Source of the DNA: Nemertoderma westbladi
Lineage: Eukaryota; Animalia; Xenacoelomorpha
DNA: 64,000 nucleotides
NCBI GenBank assembly: GCA_032718475.1
Contig: JAUCBJ010009097.1
Span: 62,001 to 126,000, forward strand
Direction: 5' to 3'
Numbering within the stretch: position 1 is the stretch's first letter; every line of letters starts with the position of its first letter. This document shows, one piece after another, positions 24,478 to 37,822 of the stretch. The notes under the pieces are model-generated. The model was not told the origin of the DNA. It did no database searches and saw only the letters and a list, made by a program, of their open reading frames with translations. Made by a program: the position numbers and the translations under genes.

Positions 24478-27400
24478 TCAGTAGATGCAGTGGATGGTGT
24501 GACTACATCGGAGACCAGTAGATGTAGTGGATGGTGTGACTCCATCGGAGACCAGTAGATGTAGTGGATGGTGTGACTCCATCGGAGACCAGTAGAGTAG
24601 ATGTAGTGGATGGTGTGACTCCATCGGAGACCAGTAGAGTAGATGTAGTGGATGGTGTGACTCCATCGGAGACCAGTTGAGTAGATGTAGTGGATTGTGT
24701 GACTCCATCGGAGACCAGTAGATGTAGTGGATGGTGTGACTCCATCGGAGACCAGTAGATGTAGTGGATGGTGTGACTCCATCGGAGACCAGTAGATGTA
24801 GTGGATGGTGTGACTCCATCGGAGACCAGTAGATGTAGTGGATGGTGTGACTCCATCGGAGACCAGTTGATGTAGTGGATGGTGTGACTCCATCGGAGAC
24901 CAGTAGATGTAGTGGATGGTGTGACTTCATCGGAGGCCAATACATGTAGTGGATGGTGTGACTTCATCGGAGGCCAATAGATGTAGTGGATAGTGTGACT
25001 CCATCGGAGACCAGTAGATGTAGTGGATGGTGTGACTCCATCGGAGACCAGTAGATGTAGTGGATGGTGTGACTCCATCGGAGACCAGTAGATGTAGTGG
25101 ATGGTGTGACTCCATCGGAGACCAGTAGATGTAGTGGATGGTGTGACTCCATCGGAGACCAGTAGATGTAGTGGATGGTGTGACTTCATCGGAGGCCAAT
25201 ACATGTAGTGGATGGTGTGACTTCATCGGAGGCCAATAGATGTAGTGGATGGTGTGACTCCATCGGAGACCAGTAGATGTAGTGGATGGTGTGACTTCAT
25301 CGGAGGCCAATACATGTAGTGGATGGTGTGACTTCATCGGAGGCCAATAGATGTAGTGGATAGTGTGACTCCATCGGAGACCAGTAGATGTAGTGGATGG
25401 TGTGACTCCATCGGAGACCAGTAGATGTAGTGGATGGTGTGACTCCATCGGAGACCAGTAGATGTAGTGGATGGTGTGACTCCATCGGAGACCAGTAGAG
25501 TAGATGTAGTGGATTGTGTGACTACATCGGAGACCAGTAGATGTAGTGGATGGTGTGACTCCATCGGAGACCAGTAGATATAGTGGATGGTGTGACTCCA
25601 TCGGAGACCAGTAGATGTAGTGGATGGTGTCACTCCATCAGAGACCAGTAGATTTAGTGGATGGTGTGACTCCATCGGAGACCAGTAGATGTAGTGGATG
25701 GTGTGACTCCATCGGAGGCCAATAGATGTAGTGGATGGTGTGACTCCATCGGAGACCAGTAGATGTAGTGGATGGTGTGACTCCATCGGAGGCCAATAGA
25801 TGTAGTGGATGGTTTCACTCCATCGGAGACCAGTAGATGTAGTGGATGGTGTGACTCCATCGGAGACCAGTAGATGTAGTGGATGGTGTGACTCCATCGG
25901 AGACCAGTAGATGTAGTAAATGGTGTGACTCCATCGGAGACCAGTAAATGTAGTGGATGGTGTGACTCCATCGGAGACCAGTAGATGTAGTGGATGGTGT
26001 GACTCCATCGGAGACCAGTAGATGTAGTGGAAGGTGTGACTCCATCGGAGACCAGTAGAGTAGACATAGTGGATTGTGTGACTCCATCGGAGACCAGGAG
26101 ATATAGTGGATGGTTTCACTCCATCGGAGACCAGTAGATGTAGTGGATGGTGTGACTCCATCGGAGACCAGTAGATGTTTGTGGATGGTGTGACTCCATC
26201 GGAGACCAGTAGATGTAGTGGATGGTGTGACTCCATCGGAGAACAGTAGAGTAGATGCAGTGGATGGTGTGACTCCATCGGAGACCAGTAGAGTAGATGT
26301 AGTGGATGGTGTGACTCCATCGGAGACCAGTAGATGTAGTGGATGGTGTGACTCTATCGGAGACCAGTAGATGTAGTGGATGGTGTGACTCCATCGGAGA
26401 CCAGTTGATGTAGTGGATGGTGTGACTCCATCGGAGACCAGTAGATGTTTGTGGATGGTGTGACTCCATCGGAGACCAGTAGATGTAGTGGATGGTGTGA
26501 CTCCATCGGAGAACAGTAGAGTAGATGCAGTGGATGGTTTCACTCCATCGGAGACCAGTAGATGTAGTGGATGGTGTGACTCCATCGGAGACCAGTAGAT
26601 GTTTGTGGATGGTGTGACTCCATCGGAGACCAGTAGATGTAGTGGATGGTGTGACTCCATCGGAGAACAGTAGAGTAGATGCAGTGGATGGTGTGACTCC
26701 ATCGGAGACCAGTAGAGTAGATGTAGTGGATGGTGTGACTCCATCGGAGACCAGTAGATGTAGTGGATGGTGTGACTCTATCGGAGACCAGTAGATGTAG
26801 TGGATGGTGTGACTCCATCGGAGACCAGTAGATGTAGTGGATGGTGTGACTCCATCAGAGACCAGTAGATGTAGTGGATGGTGTGACTCCATCGGAGGCC
26901 AATAGATGTAGTGGATGGTGTGACTCCATCGGAGACCAGTAGATGTAGTGGATGGTGTGACTCCATCGGAGACCAGTAGATGTAGTGGATGGTGTGACTC
27001 CATCGGAGACCAGTAGATGTAGTGGATGGTGTGACTCCATCGGAGACCAGTAGATGTAGTGGATGGTGTGACTCTATCGGAGACCAGTAGATGTAGTGGA
27101 TGGTGTGACTCCATCGGAGACCAGTAGATTTAGTGGATGGTGTGACTCTATCGGAGACCAGTAGATGTAGTGGATGGTGTGACTCTATCGGAGACCAGTA
27201 GATGTAGTGGATGGTGTGACTCCATCGGAGACCAGTAGATGTAGTGGAAGGTGTGACTCCATCGGAGAACAGTAGAGTAGATGTAGTGGATGGTGTGACT
27301 CCATCGGAGAACAGTAGAGTAGATGTAGTGGATTGTGTGACTCTATCGGAGACCAGTAGATGTAGTGGATGGTGTGACTCCATCGGAGACCAGTAGATGT

Positions 27401-27962
27401 AGTGGATGGTGTGACTCTATCGGAGACCAGTAGATGTAGTGGATGGTGTGACTCCATCGGAGACCAGTAGATGTAGTGGATGGTGTGACTCCATCGGAGA
27501 CCAGTAGATGTAGTGGATGGTGTGACTCCATCGGAGACCAGTAGATGTAGTGGATGGTGTGACTCCATCGGAGACCAGTAGATGTAGTGGATGGTGTGAC
27601 TCCATCGGAGACCAGTAGATGTAGTGGATGGTGTGACTCCATCGGAGACCAGTAGATGTAGTGGATGGTGTGACTCCATCGGAGACCAGTAGATGTTTGT
27701 GGATGGTGTGACTCCATCGGAGACCAGTAGATATAGTGGATGGTGTGACTCCATCGGAGACCAGTAGATGTAGTGGATGGTGTGACTCCATCGGAGACCA
27801 GTAGATGTAGTGGATGGTGTGACTCCATCGGAGACCAGTAGATGTAGTGGATGGTGTGACTCCATCGGAGACCAGTAGATGTAGTGGATGGTGTGACTCC
27901 ATCGGAGGCCAGTAGATGTAGTGGATGGTGTGACTCCATCGGAGACCAGTAGATGTAGTGGA
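24478..27962. repeat. 37-bp minisatellite (GTAGATGTAGTGGATGGTGTGACTCCATCGGAGACCA)n, roughly 90 copies, with 42-bp variants
   Basis: Direct head-to-tail repeats with no unique spacers; variant units carry an extra GTAGA. Confidence 0.97.
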
Positions 27963-28796
27963 TTTAGTGATGTAGTAGATTTTGTCCCACGTTATAAAAT
28001 AGAGCCACGTTAAATACAAACTGTACCCCTTACCTGTCCTTTTTGTGCCATTTATTGCATTTGCTAAATAAATAATAGACAAAAATTCTAATCCTATAAA
28101 TTGCTATACACAAAATAATTAGGTAGTTTATATATATTCTATATATTATATATATATATTACTTTAAAAAAATTACAGAAAATGTGTTGAGAGGATGCTA
28201 TATAATTATATACTCTCACTCGGGAATCCAATGTAAATGTTATATATTATTGTTAACTACACAATAATAGGTTGCATATTAGACCGATCAATGATTCCTT
28301 TATGGCTTGCAATGTGTTGCTTAGTCAATGGGTTTTTCCAACCAGTTCCAAACTAAGTCTTGTATTACGTGATGTACATATCATACGTACTACATGATAG
28401 GAGTATAGACATACTGTTCAGAGAGTATAGAGGCTGCAAATCGTTTTCTATGCTGAAGCAAATGTTCAAGAGGATTTATATTCACAGAGAGTTGCAATGT
28501 AGAGCTGTACGTACATAGTTATAAAATACCAGATATTAGTAATATCTCGGATTCAATTTAATTCGAATTCAATATTGATAATTGTATATCTCATAAAGAC
28601 AACACTGCCTCATTTTACAATTTCTGGACATATTTCTGGAGATTATCATCTTCTACTCTCATTAAATACAGGCCATCCCTCCATCAAAAAGCAGACACTG
28701 AATACCGTTATTCTTTGAGGCAGGTTGCCATTTCTGGTGGGGCACGGGAATAACGTTGTACTTTACATTGAGTGACTGTCAAAGACCAAAATATGA

Positions 28797-28885
28797 TAGT
28801 AGCTCAGTTGTCTTAGGACACACACCCGGCTGATGATAACCGGAAGTTTGAAACCTAGGTACCGGGTTCGAGACACAATAGGGAC
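28797..28885 (+). other. Possible tRNA-derived SINE head (also at about 35494-35582)
   Basis: A-box-like TAGCTCAGTTG and B-box-like GGTTCGAGAC; no complete cloverleaf. Confidence 0.3.
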
Positions 28886-29289
28886 GGTTGATATGTTTCG
28901 CTAACATTATCATAATGTACTATAACATAAAAAACATAATTTGTAATGAGACATTCTTAATGAGTTCATTACAAATAAATAATACAATCAGATATAAAGA
29001 ATGTAAGACGGATATTCACATTCGAATATACTGACCAGGAATTTATAGCCATAACTACTTATCATATAAATTACAATAATATAATTAATTAATAATAACA
29101 AAACCGAGAGAAAGCCGCCCCAATATTAGATTATAACAACAACGTTTCCATTGGGTAAGGAAGTGGAGGAGAGCCAGCCTGACGTTTAATTTAGTTTATA
29201 TTACGCGATAAATTTTCACTACACTTTTCACACTAAGACCGAATTCAACTTTTAATGTTAATGAAACTTGACAACCATTGATAAAAATC

Positions 29290-29510
29290 AACTAAGGAAG
29301 GTTGACGACTTCATTACCTTGGATCATGGATAGATAGAGAGTAGCAAAAAACGCATAGAAGTTAGTAAAGCGAAGGCATGGGTAGCTCTATCAAAAATGA
29401 ATACCATCTGGAAATCAAATCTCTCCAGGCACCTGAAGACTAAGTTCTTTCGAGCCACAGTGGAAAGTGTACTTTTATACGGGGGTGAGACCTGGACACT
29501 TACGAAATCA
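29290..29510 (+). mobile_element. RTE-type LINE fragment (post-RT region); duplicated at about 35990-36210
   Basis: Translates to IEVSKAKAWVALSKMNTIWKSNLSRHLKTKFFRATVESVLLYGGETWTLTK. Confidence 0.75.
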
Positions 29511-30392
29511 TTTTAAATTTTTTTGTCATTTTTTAATGTCATTTTTTTTACACGATCATTCGGTAGCTATGATTGTATGACAGCTACAACGATGAAACAA
29601 ACGCCAAAAGTTCGATATTTAAAAGTTCTACAAGTCTGTAGAAAATAAATCTTCTGAACGTTGAAAAGTGTTCGAGTTATTCGAGATCCCGCAATAGGAG
29701 TCTGGAAATACGAAATTATGCTTTTGGCACCAATTTATTTAAAAACGTATCGAGCCCAAAACCAACGTTAAAATCGAATTCAGCGTAGCATTATTGACCG
29801 TAAGGCGTATTTTTTTTATCAATAAGAGTGAAATATAAAACAGTTTTTATATAAAAATCAATTATATTTCCTGCCATTTTTGACCCCTATAGGACATATA
29901 TTTTTTGTACATTCGATACGAATACAGTGCCGGTGGTCATTTACACGTTTCAAGAAGTAATGGGTCGATTGGAATTAGCATTGTCTAATTTTAAATTCAA
30001 TTAATTTTTTATTATTAATTAAAAAAAAACGGACAAAATTTGGGCCCTATATTCGACCAGATATATAAATAATTCGCTTACCCCCCCCCCCCCCCCACCC
30101 CCATTCGATACGATGTTAGATCCACTCTTCCTTTCCCCAAACGCTGTGGTTCGGTGCCTTTACAATAAGTAGTAGCGGAGCAATAAAGGATAGTGTAACG
30201 TCATTTTGTGACATCACAATTGGCTGAATAAAACTTCACTGTTGTCAATTTTACAAGTTATTTATGAAAAAAATACACGTGCTTAAACTTTCTGAAATTT
30301 TTCTTGTTATACTAAAATAATTCACATATCAGTAACATTATATTAACCCATCAACAATCAGTATGCCACCAATATTGCACCATAGTAACAAT

Positions 30393-31124
30393 CTAACACC
30401 TAGGTCTGGAGGTATCCAGGTGCTGTCTGAACATTCTCCTTATAATGTAGACCTGGACCGATCCAGTGATTATCATCATCAGACATTGCATTGCGGACCA
30501 CCAATTTATGTAATTGTTTTTCGACAGTCCCAAATAAAAATCCCGCATGATCTGATCGTGGTCCCTGGTGCAGAACTGCTTGATCACAAGGATTCTCTCC
30601 TGTATTGTAAGTAAGCTATTGACGACAACAGCGACAGCAACCATTGATTCCTTTGTATCAGAATCCATTGTGTTTTGCAACTGTCTCCTCGCCCTTTCTT
30701 TATCATAAATGTTTATGAAAGTCGCAACGCGAATATCACTGAATCCAATTCGAGTTCTAGAGAAACATACTTTGTATTCCGCATCCTCCAAGATATTCAT
30801 GTTAATTTGGCCCTGGGATACGTCCCTGTGGACATCCAGAGGCTGTGGGATAGCAGTTTGCTTTATGTAAATGGTAAGTTCTTGTCCTCCAGATAGTTCT
30901 TGGTAAGTGACGTACAAAACACTCCCAGCGCGAAGATTTTCGAAAAAACAAATATCACTTCTCGGTTCGATAATTAGAGTGAGACGTTGAGATATATATC
31001 CCGGCATAAACTCTCCGAATATATCACCATCATCGCTGTAAATCAGGGGATTTTCTGCAGATTGTTCCCCGTTTACGATGTTTATAAAATAAATATAAAA
31101 TACTATCATTATTATTGCATTCAT
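30393..31124 (-). CDS. p24/TMED family protein (gamma-like), intronless, copy B1
   Basis: Same architecture as copy A (signal peptide, GOLD, coiled coil, TM segment INWWSAMQCLMMIITGSVQVYIIRRMF); clear but diverged paralog. Confidence 0.85.
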   Translation of the reverse strand: MNAIIMIVFYIYFINIVNGEQSAENPLIYSDDGDIFGEFMPGYISQRLTLIIEPRSDICFFENLRAGSVLYVTYQELSGGQELTIYIKQTAIPQPLDVHRDVSQGQINMNILEDAEYKVCFSRTRIGFSDIRVATFINIYDKERARRQLQNTMDSDTKESMVAVAVVVNSLLTIQERILVIKQFCTRDHDQIMRDFYLGLSKNNYINWWSAMQCLMMIITGSVQVYIIRRMFRQHLDTSRPRC

Positions 31125-32294
31125 AATGAATTATTTATTATAATTGTAATTCTAAGTGATTTAATTATATTATATAAATTTTACTTTAGAAGTATTGGAG
31201 ACATAATGTAGACTAGACGAGTAAGGTTCCAATGAAACTGATTGAATTGTGAAGTGAACTGATTTATCAATCAGTTAAAGTGTGCAACCCATAACGCATT
31301 CCAGAGAATGTATGATACAATAATGTTAGCCAAGAGGTGGTTTAACAACCCACCTCAGGGTATATGGGCTAACATAAGCCCAAGGGCATAGGGAGGATTG
31401 TGAGGACAGGATAAGCCGACCACCAATGGGAGGGCCACAGATTGCAATTATTAGTATATGTGTATCGTTTAGTTGCCCAACCATCCGTGTTGAGGTGTAA
31501 TGTAATTTCCCTATTTCCATATTGATATCATACCAACTCAGTTAGCTATTTTATTACAGTATTAATGTAGGAGGATGTCACACAGTTTTACACCGTCGTC
31601 CGTAACATTATACTGATTGTGCTGTGATTCATCTACCGATAAATATTGCAAGCTAATAACATCAAGTAATAACATCAAACTCTTTATTTACCCAGCATTC
31701 GGCCCTTCAGTATTTCTCAACAGCTTAACGCAGCGACGAGTAGTGAACTGCAACATCGATTCATCTGGTCGGGATCCTTTAGCCAACCAGGATCATATCA
31801 CAATTCGTTAACTTCGAGGATGGAATTCAAATTAGAAACGACGTTTCATTCCGCGACTTTTCGTAAATAATTAGCTAACATAATCCAGTACACTTTCCAA
31901 GCTCCCTTAAAATTTGGTGGGTGGGTGGGGGTAGTGATTCGACCCAGAACTGATTTCTTAAATTAATTTCTTAAATCTTAAATTTTTTAAAAAAATTCGC
32001 TGAAATTTGTTAACAATATATCTAGTGGTATATTTTAACACATTCTTGAAAAAAAAATCGATTTCAAATCGAATCGAATCCATTTTTTTGGAAGATTAAA
32101 TAAGAAAAATAGTGGTTTTGTGCAATGGAAATATTTAATTGCGAATATTGTGACATATGTACAAGATTTTCAAGTGTTACGTGTATATTGGTGTTGGCAT
32201 ATTCAATGGTAATGAAATTGAGTTGATACAAGCTGGAGTATTCCATTGGAATCCTCCCCCTCATCCACCACCTCCATAAACCTCCTCTACTTCA

Positions 32295-33760
32295 AAACTG
32301 GTTTGTGGACAATTCGGCTGTGGTGGGTAAACTCGATCTAGTACTCGAGTGGTTCCTCGAACTCAAGAGTTACGGCCCAACCCTCGGCTACTATCCCAAA
32401 CCCACAAAGAGGTGCCTCATAGTTGCCCCCGATTTTGTGGAGGAGGCACGGAATGTTTTCAGGGGCCAGGATATCAACATCGTCTCTGGCCATCAATTCC
32501 TCAGCAGTTTCCTTGGGGGACCCACATAGAGGACAACTACATCTGGTCCAAAGTCGCAGTGTGGGTGAAGTCGGTAGATCATTTAGCCGAGATGGTGGAG
32601 GCCCAACTCCAAGCCGCATTCGCAGCTATGGTATGCTCCCTCCAGCGGGAGTGGGCATACCTACAGAGAGTAACTCGGGACTGTGGTGAGGAGTACAAGG
32701 TGCTGGAGGAAGCGATAGAGGAGCAGTTTCTACCCTCAGTCATTGGTGGGGAAATATCCCCAGCAGAGCGCAGTTTATTTGCGCTTTCCCACGCAATGCA
32801 GGTTTAGGAAATCCAGTATCGGAGGCTGGCTTTTCATACTCGTATTGCGGGCAGGAACGAGGTCTCTAACTGAGTCTATCCCGGGAGATCGTGTGTTCTC
32901 CCTAACAGAACACCTTGACAGTATACAGCGTGTGCGGAAAGTGTGATGGGAGCAGAAGCTGGGAAGGGAGAAGGACAGTTTGGATGCGGTGCTGGAGTAT
33001 CTGTCGCCAGATTTCCAATGGGTAGTAAAACGCGCCACCAATTTCCACACATATCCTCACTCTTCTGGCCGACCACCAACTTGATCTTTCCCCACTGGAG
33101 TTTAGAGATGCACTCGTGATCCACTATGGCCGCCTCTTTGTGGGGCTGCCTTTGATTTAAATCACGGTTTAAATTGTAAAAAAAGGCTGCCTCGTTAGTG
33201 ACACAACGATCTTCGGGAAGTTGTTGGTGACCTCGAAGCACAGCCTTCGGGCCGCGTAACGTCATCTGCGAATTCGGGAGAGCCATGGGGTAGATGGGGC
33301 TGCAGGTCTTCGGTGCGAAATTGGTATTCAGGGTGCATTAAACCCACAGACTCAGGCATTGTTAGATATTAGGGTTGTAAACCTTGATGCGGAGTCATAT
33401 ATGGGTCGCACCACTATGTTTGTACTTGAGTCAGCTGAAGATGAGCAAAAAGCGCCAAATAGCATCCCGCCGTGGATGCTATCTAGGCTCGGTGTGGGGA
33501 TTTTTCTCCATTCATGGCTTCCTGTGACGGAGTCCTCGCCCCACAGGCGAACTGGTGGTTGCAGACCAACTGCTCAGGTCGTGGCGATGTCTTTTCAGCG
33601 TGACGATGGGCTGGGTCCGTACAAGGATTCAGTTCGCGATAATCCGCGGGGCCTCCCACTGCCTTCGTGGCTCCTGGGTTAAGTGGAGAAGCGGCCAAGT
33701 CTTTGAGGATGGTGCAGGGTTGGCAGGTAGTTGGGTGCCGTAACAGATTAGCCGCCCCGA
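32295..33760 (+). mobile_element. 5'-truncated, degraded CRE-like (restriction-like endonuclease) non-LTR retrotransposon
   Basis: RT C-terminus DNSAVVG...YGPTLGYYPKPTKRCLIV, SLQREWAYLQRV and ERSLFAL; RLE region LDIRVVNLDAESY ... RIQFAIIRGASHCLRGS. Confidence 0.75.
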
Positions 33761-35189
33761 CACGTTGTGTCAGTGTGTTGGCCTACCAACTACTTTAGTT
33801 TTTTAAATTTCCCATTGTTTAAAATTTTCAGATATACACTCCATTACTAAGTAACATAATAAATAGTCTTCTGGTGGTGGGATAATGGTTGGTGCAGACT
33901 AAAATGTTGTTCTTTAAAGTTGTTCTTTCGGTGAACCATTTAACGTTGAATAGTATATGAATATATATATTAATGTATGTTATAAGTTGATACAAGTAAT
34001 GCAACTACCATTTTTCGTGCGGGCACCAAAAGTGGGTGCAGCACGAAATTTTCAAAATTATTTGTTTTGAAATATTCATTTTATGTAAATTCTAATATAG
34101 CAATTACTAGAAATGGGGGGGGGGGGGGGGGGACGAGGTGGGGGGGACTGAATGAACGCCAATGAAATAATTGCTGATGCTGACTAATACAAATAGTGTT
34201 GTTGATAATTTGGTAAAGGATTTCTTGTCTGCATGATAGATTATTGATGGAGCTGCAATTTAGAAGTGGACAACTTCTAAATTGATTTTTTACCTGTCAC
34301 ATTACAGTATATATACATTGATATGCAAACACAGTGTTTGTCTGTGTCGAGCAGCAGATGCACCCACTTTTGGTGCACGCGCGAATAATGGTAATTGCAT
34401 TACACCTATGAACTTAAAACTAAAAAAAACTAAAAATTCCAAAACCATTGAATTCGCAAACACAGAAAACCTATAAATTGCGGGAATATAGGTCAAATAA
34501 TGATAATTTCGAAACAATATATGTTGAAAATTTCATGAATCACCCAATTTTGGTGCCCCCACGAAAAATACCTGTTAGGCCTCTGAACTAAACATTAGAC
34601 ATATTGTACTCAACTCCACATCCAAAAAAGCGATATAGAATAGGATTTGTATGGTTTTGGGCAACTTTATAATTTACTCTATAGTTTTTTATTTTTAATT
34701 TTCCAAAATCCTGACGTGGGTGCGAGGAAGGTTCTGTATGAAAAAAACAGGCGAGGTTAGAGACACGGTTTTTTTAATTTGAAAGATGAATAAATTTGAG
34801 GAAAAGTCAAGAAGTTTCAGGGGCATACCTCTGATCCGTTAGAAATTCCAGCGGCTTTTATAATGGTCTGGGCGGATTCCCCCCCCCCCCCCCCCAGGGT
34901 AGATAAGGTTAAAGGACACCGGTCTTGGATAGGGAGTTGTGGCACGCAAATTTGTCGACAAGCCTGCACAGCATTCTTAATAATATATATGATATTTATA
35001 ATGCAGCTGCAATGCAGCATGCCGATAGTAGTAGTAGTAGCATTGGAAATTTTGTTTTGTGATATGTAGTTATTAGTATAAGGTTTTTTTTATTAATGAT
35101 GAAAACACTTGAGTTCGTGAAAGGTCTAAAAAGCAAAAAGAATAATTAAAAGTAAATAAAAATAAAATAAAAAGGCTCTATAGATCTGT

Positions 35190-35483
35190 TGTGGGAGTCA
35201 GAGAGAGAACCCCTTAGGGACCTTCAGACAGAGCAGGGTCCATGGTTCCAAGGATGGAAGCCGTGTTGCCGATGAGAATGGCTATTAGACTGATGGGATC
35301 GTGGCTCCTGTGTGGCGGTCTGGAGACAAATTCCAATCTCCTTAATTAATGCCGCCATCTCAGGGCCAGGACGACCGAGAGTCTGGAAGGCAACAGGGTA
35401 GAAGGAGTACCATCAGTCAATCAGTTCCTGTTACTTCCGAGTCTATAGTGATTCTGACACCTCAACGACACAGCCGACACAGC
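35190..35483 (-). mobile_element. 3' end of a second CRE-like retrotransposon (RLE C-terminus)
   Basis: The minus strand reads ...YSFYPVAFQTLGRPGP... and ...GNTASILGTM, typical of CRE RLE tails. It continues the fragment at 39938-40220. Confidence 0.65.
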
Positions 35484-37090
35484 CAAAATATGATAGTAGC
35501 TCAGTTGTCTTAGGACACACACCCGGCTGATGATAACCGGAAGTTTGAAACCTAGGTACCGGGTTCGAGACACAATAGGGACGGTTGATATGTTTCGCTA
35601 ACATTATCATAATGTACTATAACATAAAAAACATAATTTGTAATGAGACATTCTTAATGAGTTCATTACAAATAAATAATACAATCAGATATAAAGAATG
35701 TAAGACGGATATTCACATTCGAATATACTGACCAGGAATTTATAGCCATAACTACTTATCATATAAATTACAATAATATAATTAATTAATAATAACAAAA
35801 CCGAGAGAAAGCCGCCCCAATATTAGATTATAACAACAACGTTTCCATTGGGTAAGGAAGTGGAGGAGAGCCAGCCTGACGTTTAATTTAGTTTATATTA
35901 CGCGATAAATTTTCACTACACTTTTCACACTAAGACCGAATTCAACTTTTAATGTTAATGAAACTTGACAACCATTGATAAAAATCAACTAAGGAAGGTT
36001 GACGACTTCATTACCTTGGATCATGGATAGATAGAGAGTAGCAAAAAACGCATAGAAGTTAGTAAAGCGAAGGCATGGGTAGCTCTATCAAAAATGAATA
36101 CCATCTGGAAATCAAATCTCTCCAGGCACCTGAAGACTAAGTTCTTTCGAGCCACAGTGGAAAGTGTACTTTTATACGGGGGTGAGACCTGGACACTTAC
36201 GAAATCATTTTAAATTTTTTTGTCATTTTTTAATGTCATTTTTTTTACACGATCATTCGGTAGCTATGATTGTATGACAGCTACAACGATGAAACAAACG
36301 CCAAAAGTTCGATATTTAAAAGTTCTACAAGTCTGTAGAAAATAAATCTTCTGAACGTTGAAAAGTGTTCGAGTTATTCGAGATCCCGCAATAGGAGTCT
36401 GGAAATACGAAATTATGCTTTTGGCACCAATTTATTTAAAAACGTATCGAGCCCAAAACCAACGTTAAAATCGAATTCAGCGTAGCATTATTGACCGTAA
36501 GGCGTATTTTTTTATCAATAAGAGTGAAATATAAAACAGTTTTTATATAAAAATCAATTATATTTCCTGCCATTTTTGACCCCTATAGGACATATATTTT
36601 TTGTACATTCGATACGAATACAGTGCCGGTGGTCATTTACACGTTTCAAGAAGTAATGGGTCGATTGGAATTAGCATTGTCTAATTTTAAATTCAATTAA
36701 TTTTTTATTATTAATTAAAAAAAAACGGACAAAATTTGGGCCCTATATTCGACCAGATATATAAATAATTCGCTTACCCCCCCCCCCCCCCCCCACCCCC
36801 ATTCGATACGATGTTAGATCCACTCTTCCTTTCCCCAAACGCTGTGGTTCGGTGCCTTTACAATAAGTAGTAGCGGAGCAATAAAGGATAGTGTAACGTC
36901 ATTTTGTGACATCACAATTGGCTGAATAAAACTTCACTGTTGTCAATTTTACAAGTTATTTATGAAAAAAATACACGTGCTTAAACTTTCTGAAATTTTT
37001 CTTGTTATACTAAAATAATTCACATATCAGTAACATTATATTAACCCATCAACAATCAGTATGCCACCAATATTGCACCATAGTAACAAT

Positions 37091-37822
37091 CTAACACCTA
37101 GGTCTGGAGGTATCCAGGTGTTGTCTGAACATTCTCCTTATAATGTAGACCTGGACCGATCCAGTGATTATCATCATCAGACATTGCATTGCGGACCACC
37201 AATTTATGTAATTGTTTTTCGACAGTCCCAAATAAAAATCCCGCATGATCTGATCGTGGTCCCTGGTGCAGAACTGCTTGATCACAAGGATTCTCTCCTG
37301 TATTGTAAGTAAGCTATTGACGACAACAGCGACAGCAACCATTGATTCCTTTGTATCAGAATCCATTGTGTTTTGCAACTGTCTCCTCGCCCTTTCTTTA
37401 TCATAAATGTTTATGAAAGTCGCAACGCGAATATCACTGAATCCAATTCGAGTTCTAGAGAAACATACTTTGTATTCCGCATCCTCCAAGATATTCATGT
37501 TAATTTGGCCCTGGGATACGTCCCTGTGGACATCCAGAGGCTGTGGGATAGCAGTTTGCTTTATGTAAATGATAAGTTCTTGTCCTCCAGATAGTTCTTG
37601 GTAAGTGACGTACAAAACACTCCCAGCGCGAAGATTTTCGAAAAAACAAATATCACTTCTCGGTTCGATAATTAGAGTGAGACGTTGAGATATATATCCC
37701 GGCATAAACTCTCCGAATATATCACCATCATCGCTGTAAATCAGGGGATTTTCTGCAGATTGTTCCCCGTTTACGATGTTTATAAAATAAATATAAAATA
37801 CTATCATTATTATTGCATTCAT
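37091..37822 (-). CDS. p24/TMED family protein, copy B2
   Basis: Identical to B1 except one Thr>Ile change (ELTIYIK vs ELIIYIK) and one synonymous change. Confidence 0.8.
   Translation of the reverse strand: MNAIIMIVFYIYFINIVNGEQSAENPLIYSDDGDIFGEFMPGYISQRLTLIIEPRSDICFFENLRAGSVLYVTYQELSGGQELIIYIKQTAIPQPLDVHRDVSQGQINMNILEDAEYKVCFSRTRIGFSDIRVATFINIYDKERARRQLQNTMDSDTKESMVAVAVVVNSLLTIQERILVIKQFCTRDHDQIMRDFYLGLSKNNYINWWSAMQCLMMIITGSVQVYIIRRMFRQHLDTSRPRC

Larger units (their letters stand above)
28786..35482. repeat. Tandem segmental duplication unit, copy 1 (~6.7 kb)
   Basis: 28786-33137 is almost identical to 35483-39837 (offset about 6698). Confidence 0.9.

Noticed and set aside
24478-27962. 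CRISPR array (37-bp partly palindromic repeat)
   Set aside because: Repeats are head-to-tail with no unique spacers, there are no cas genes, and the context is eukaryotic.
24363-28082. Many long minus-strand ORFs (MESHHPLHLL...)
   Set aside because: They are translations of the minisatellite in all three frames and not credible proteins.
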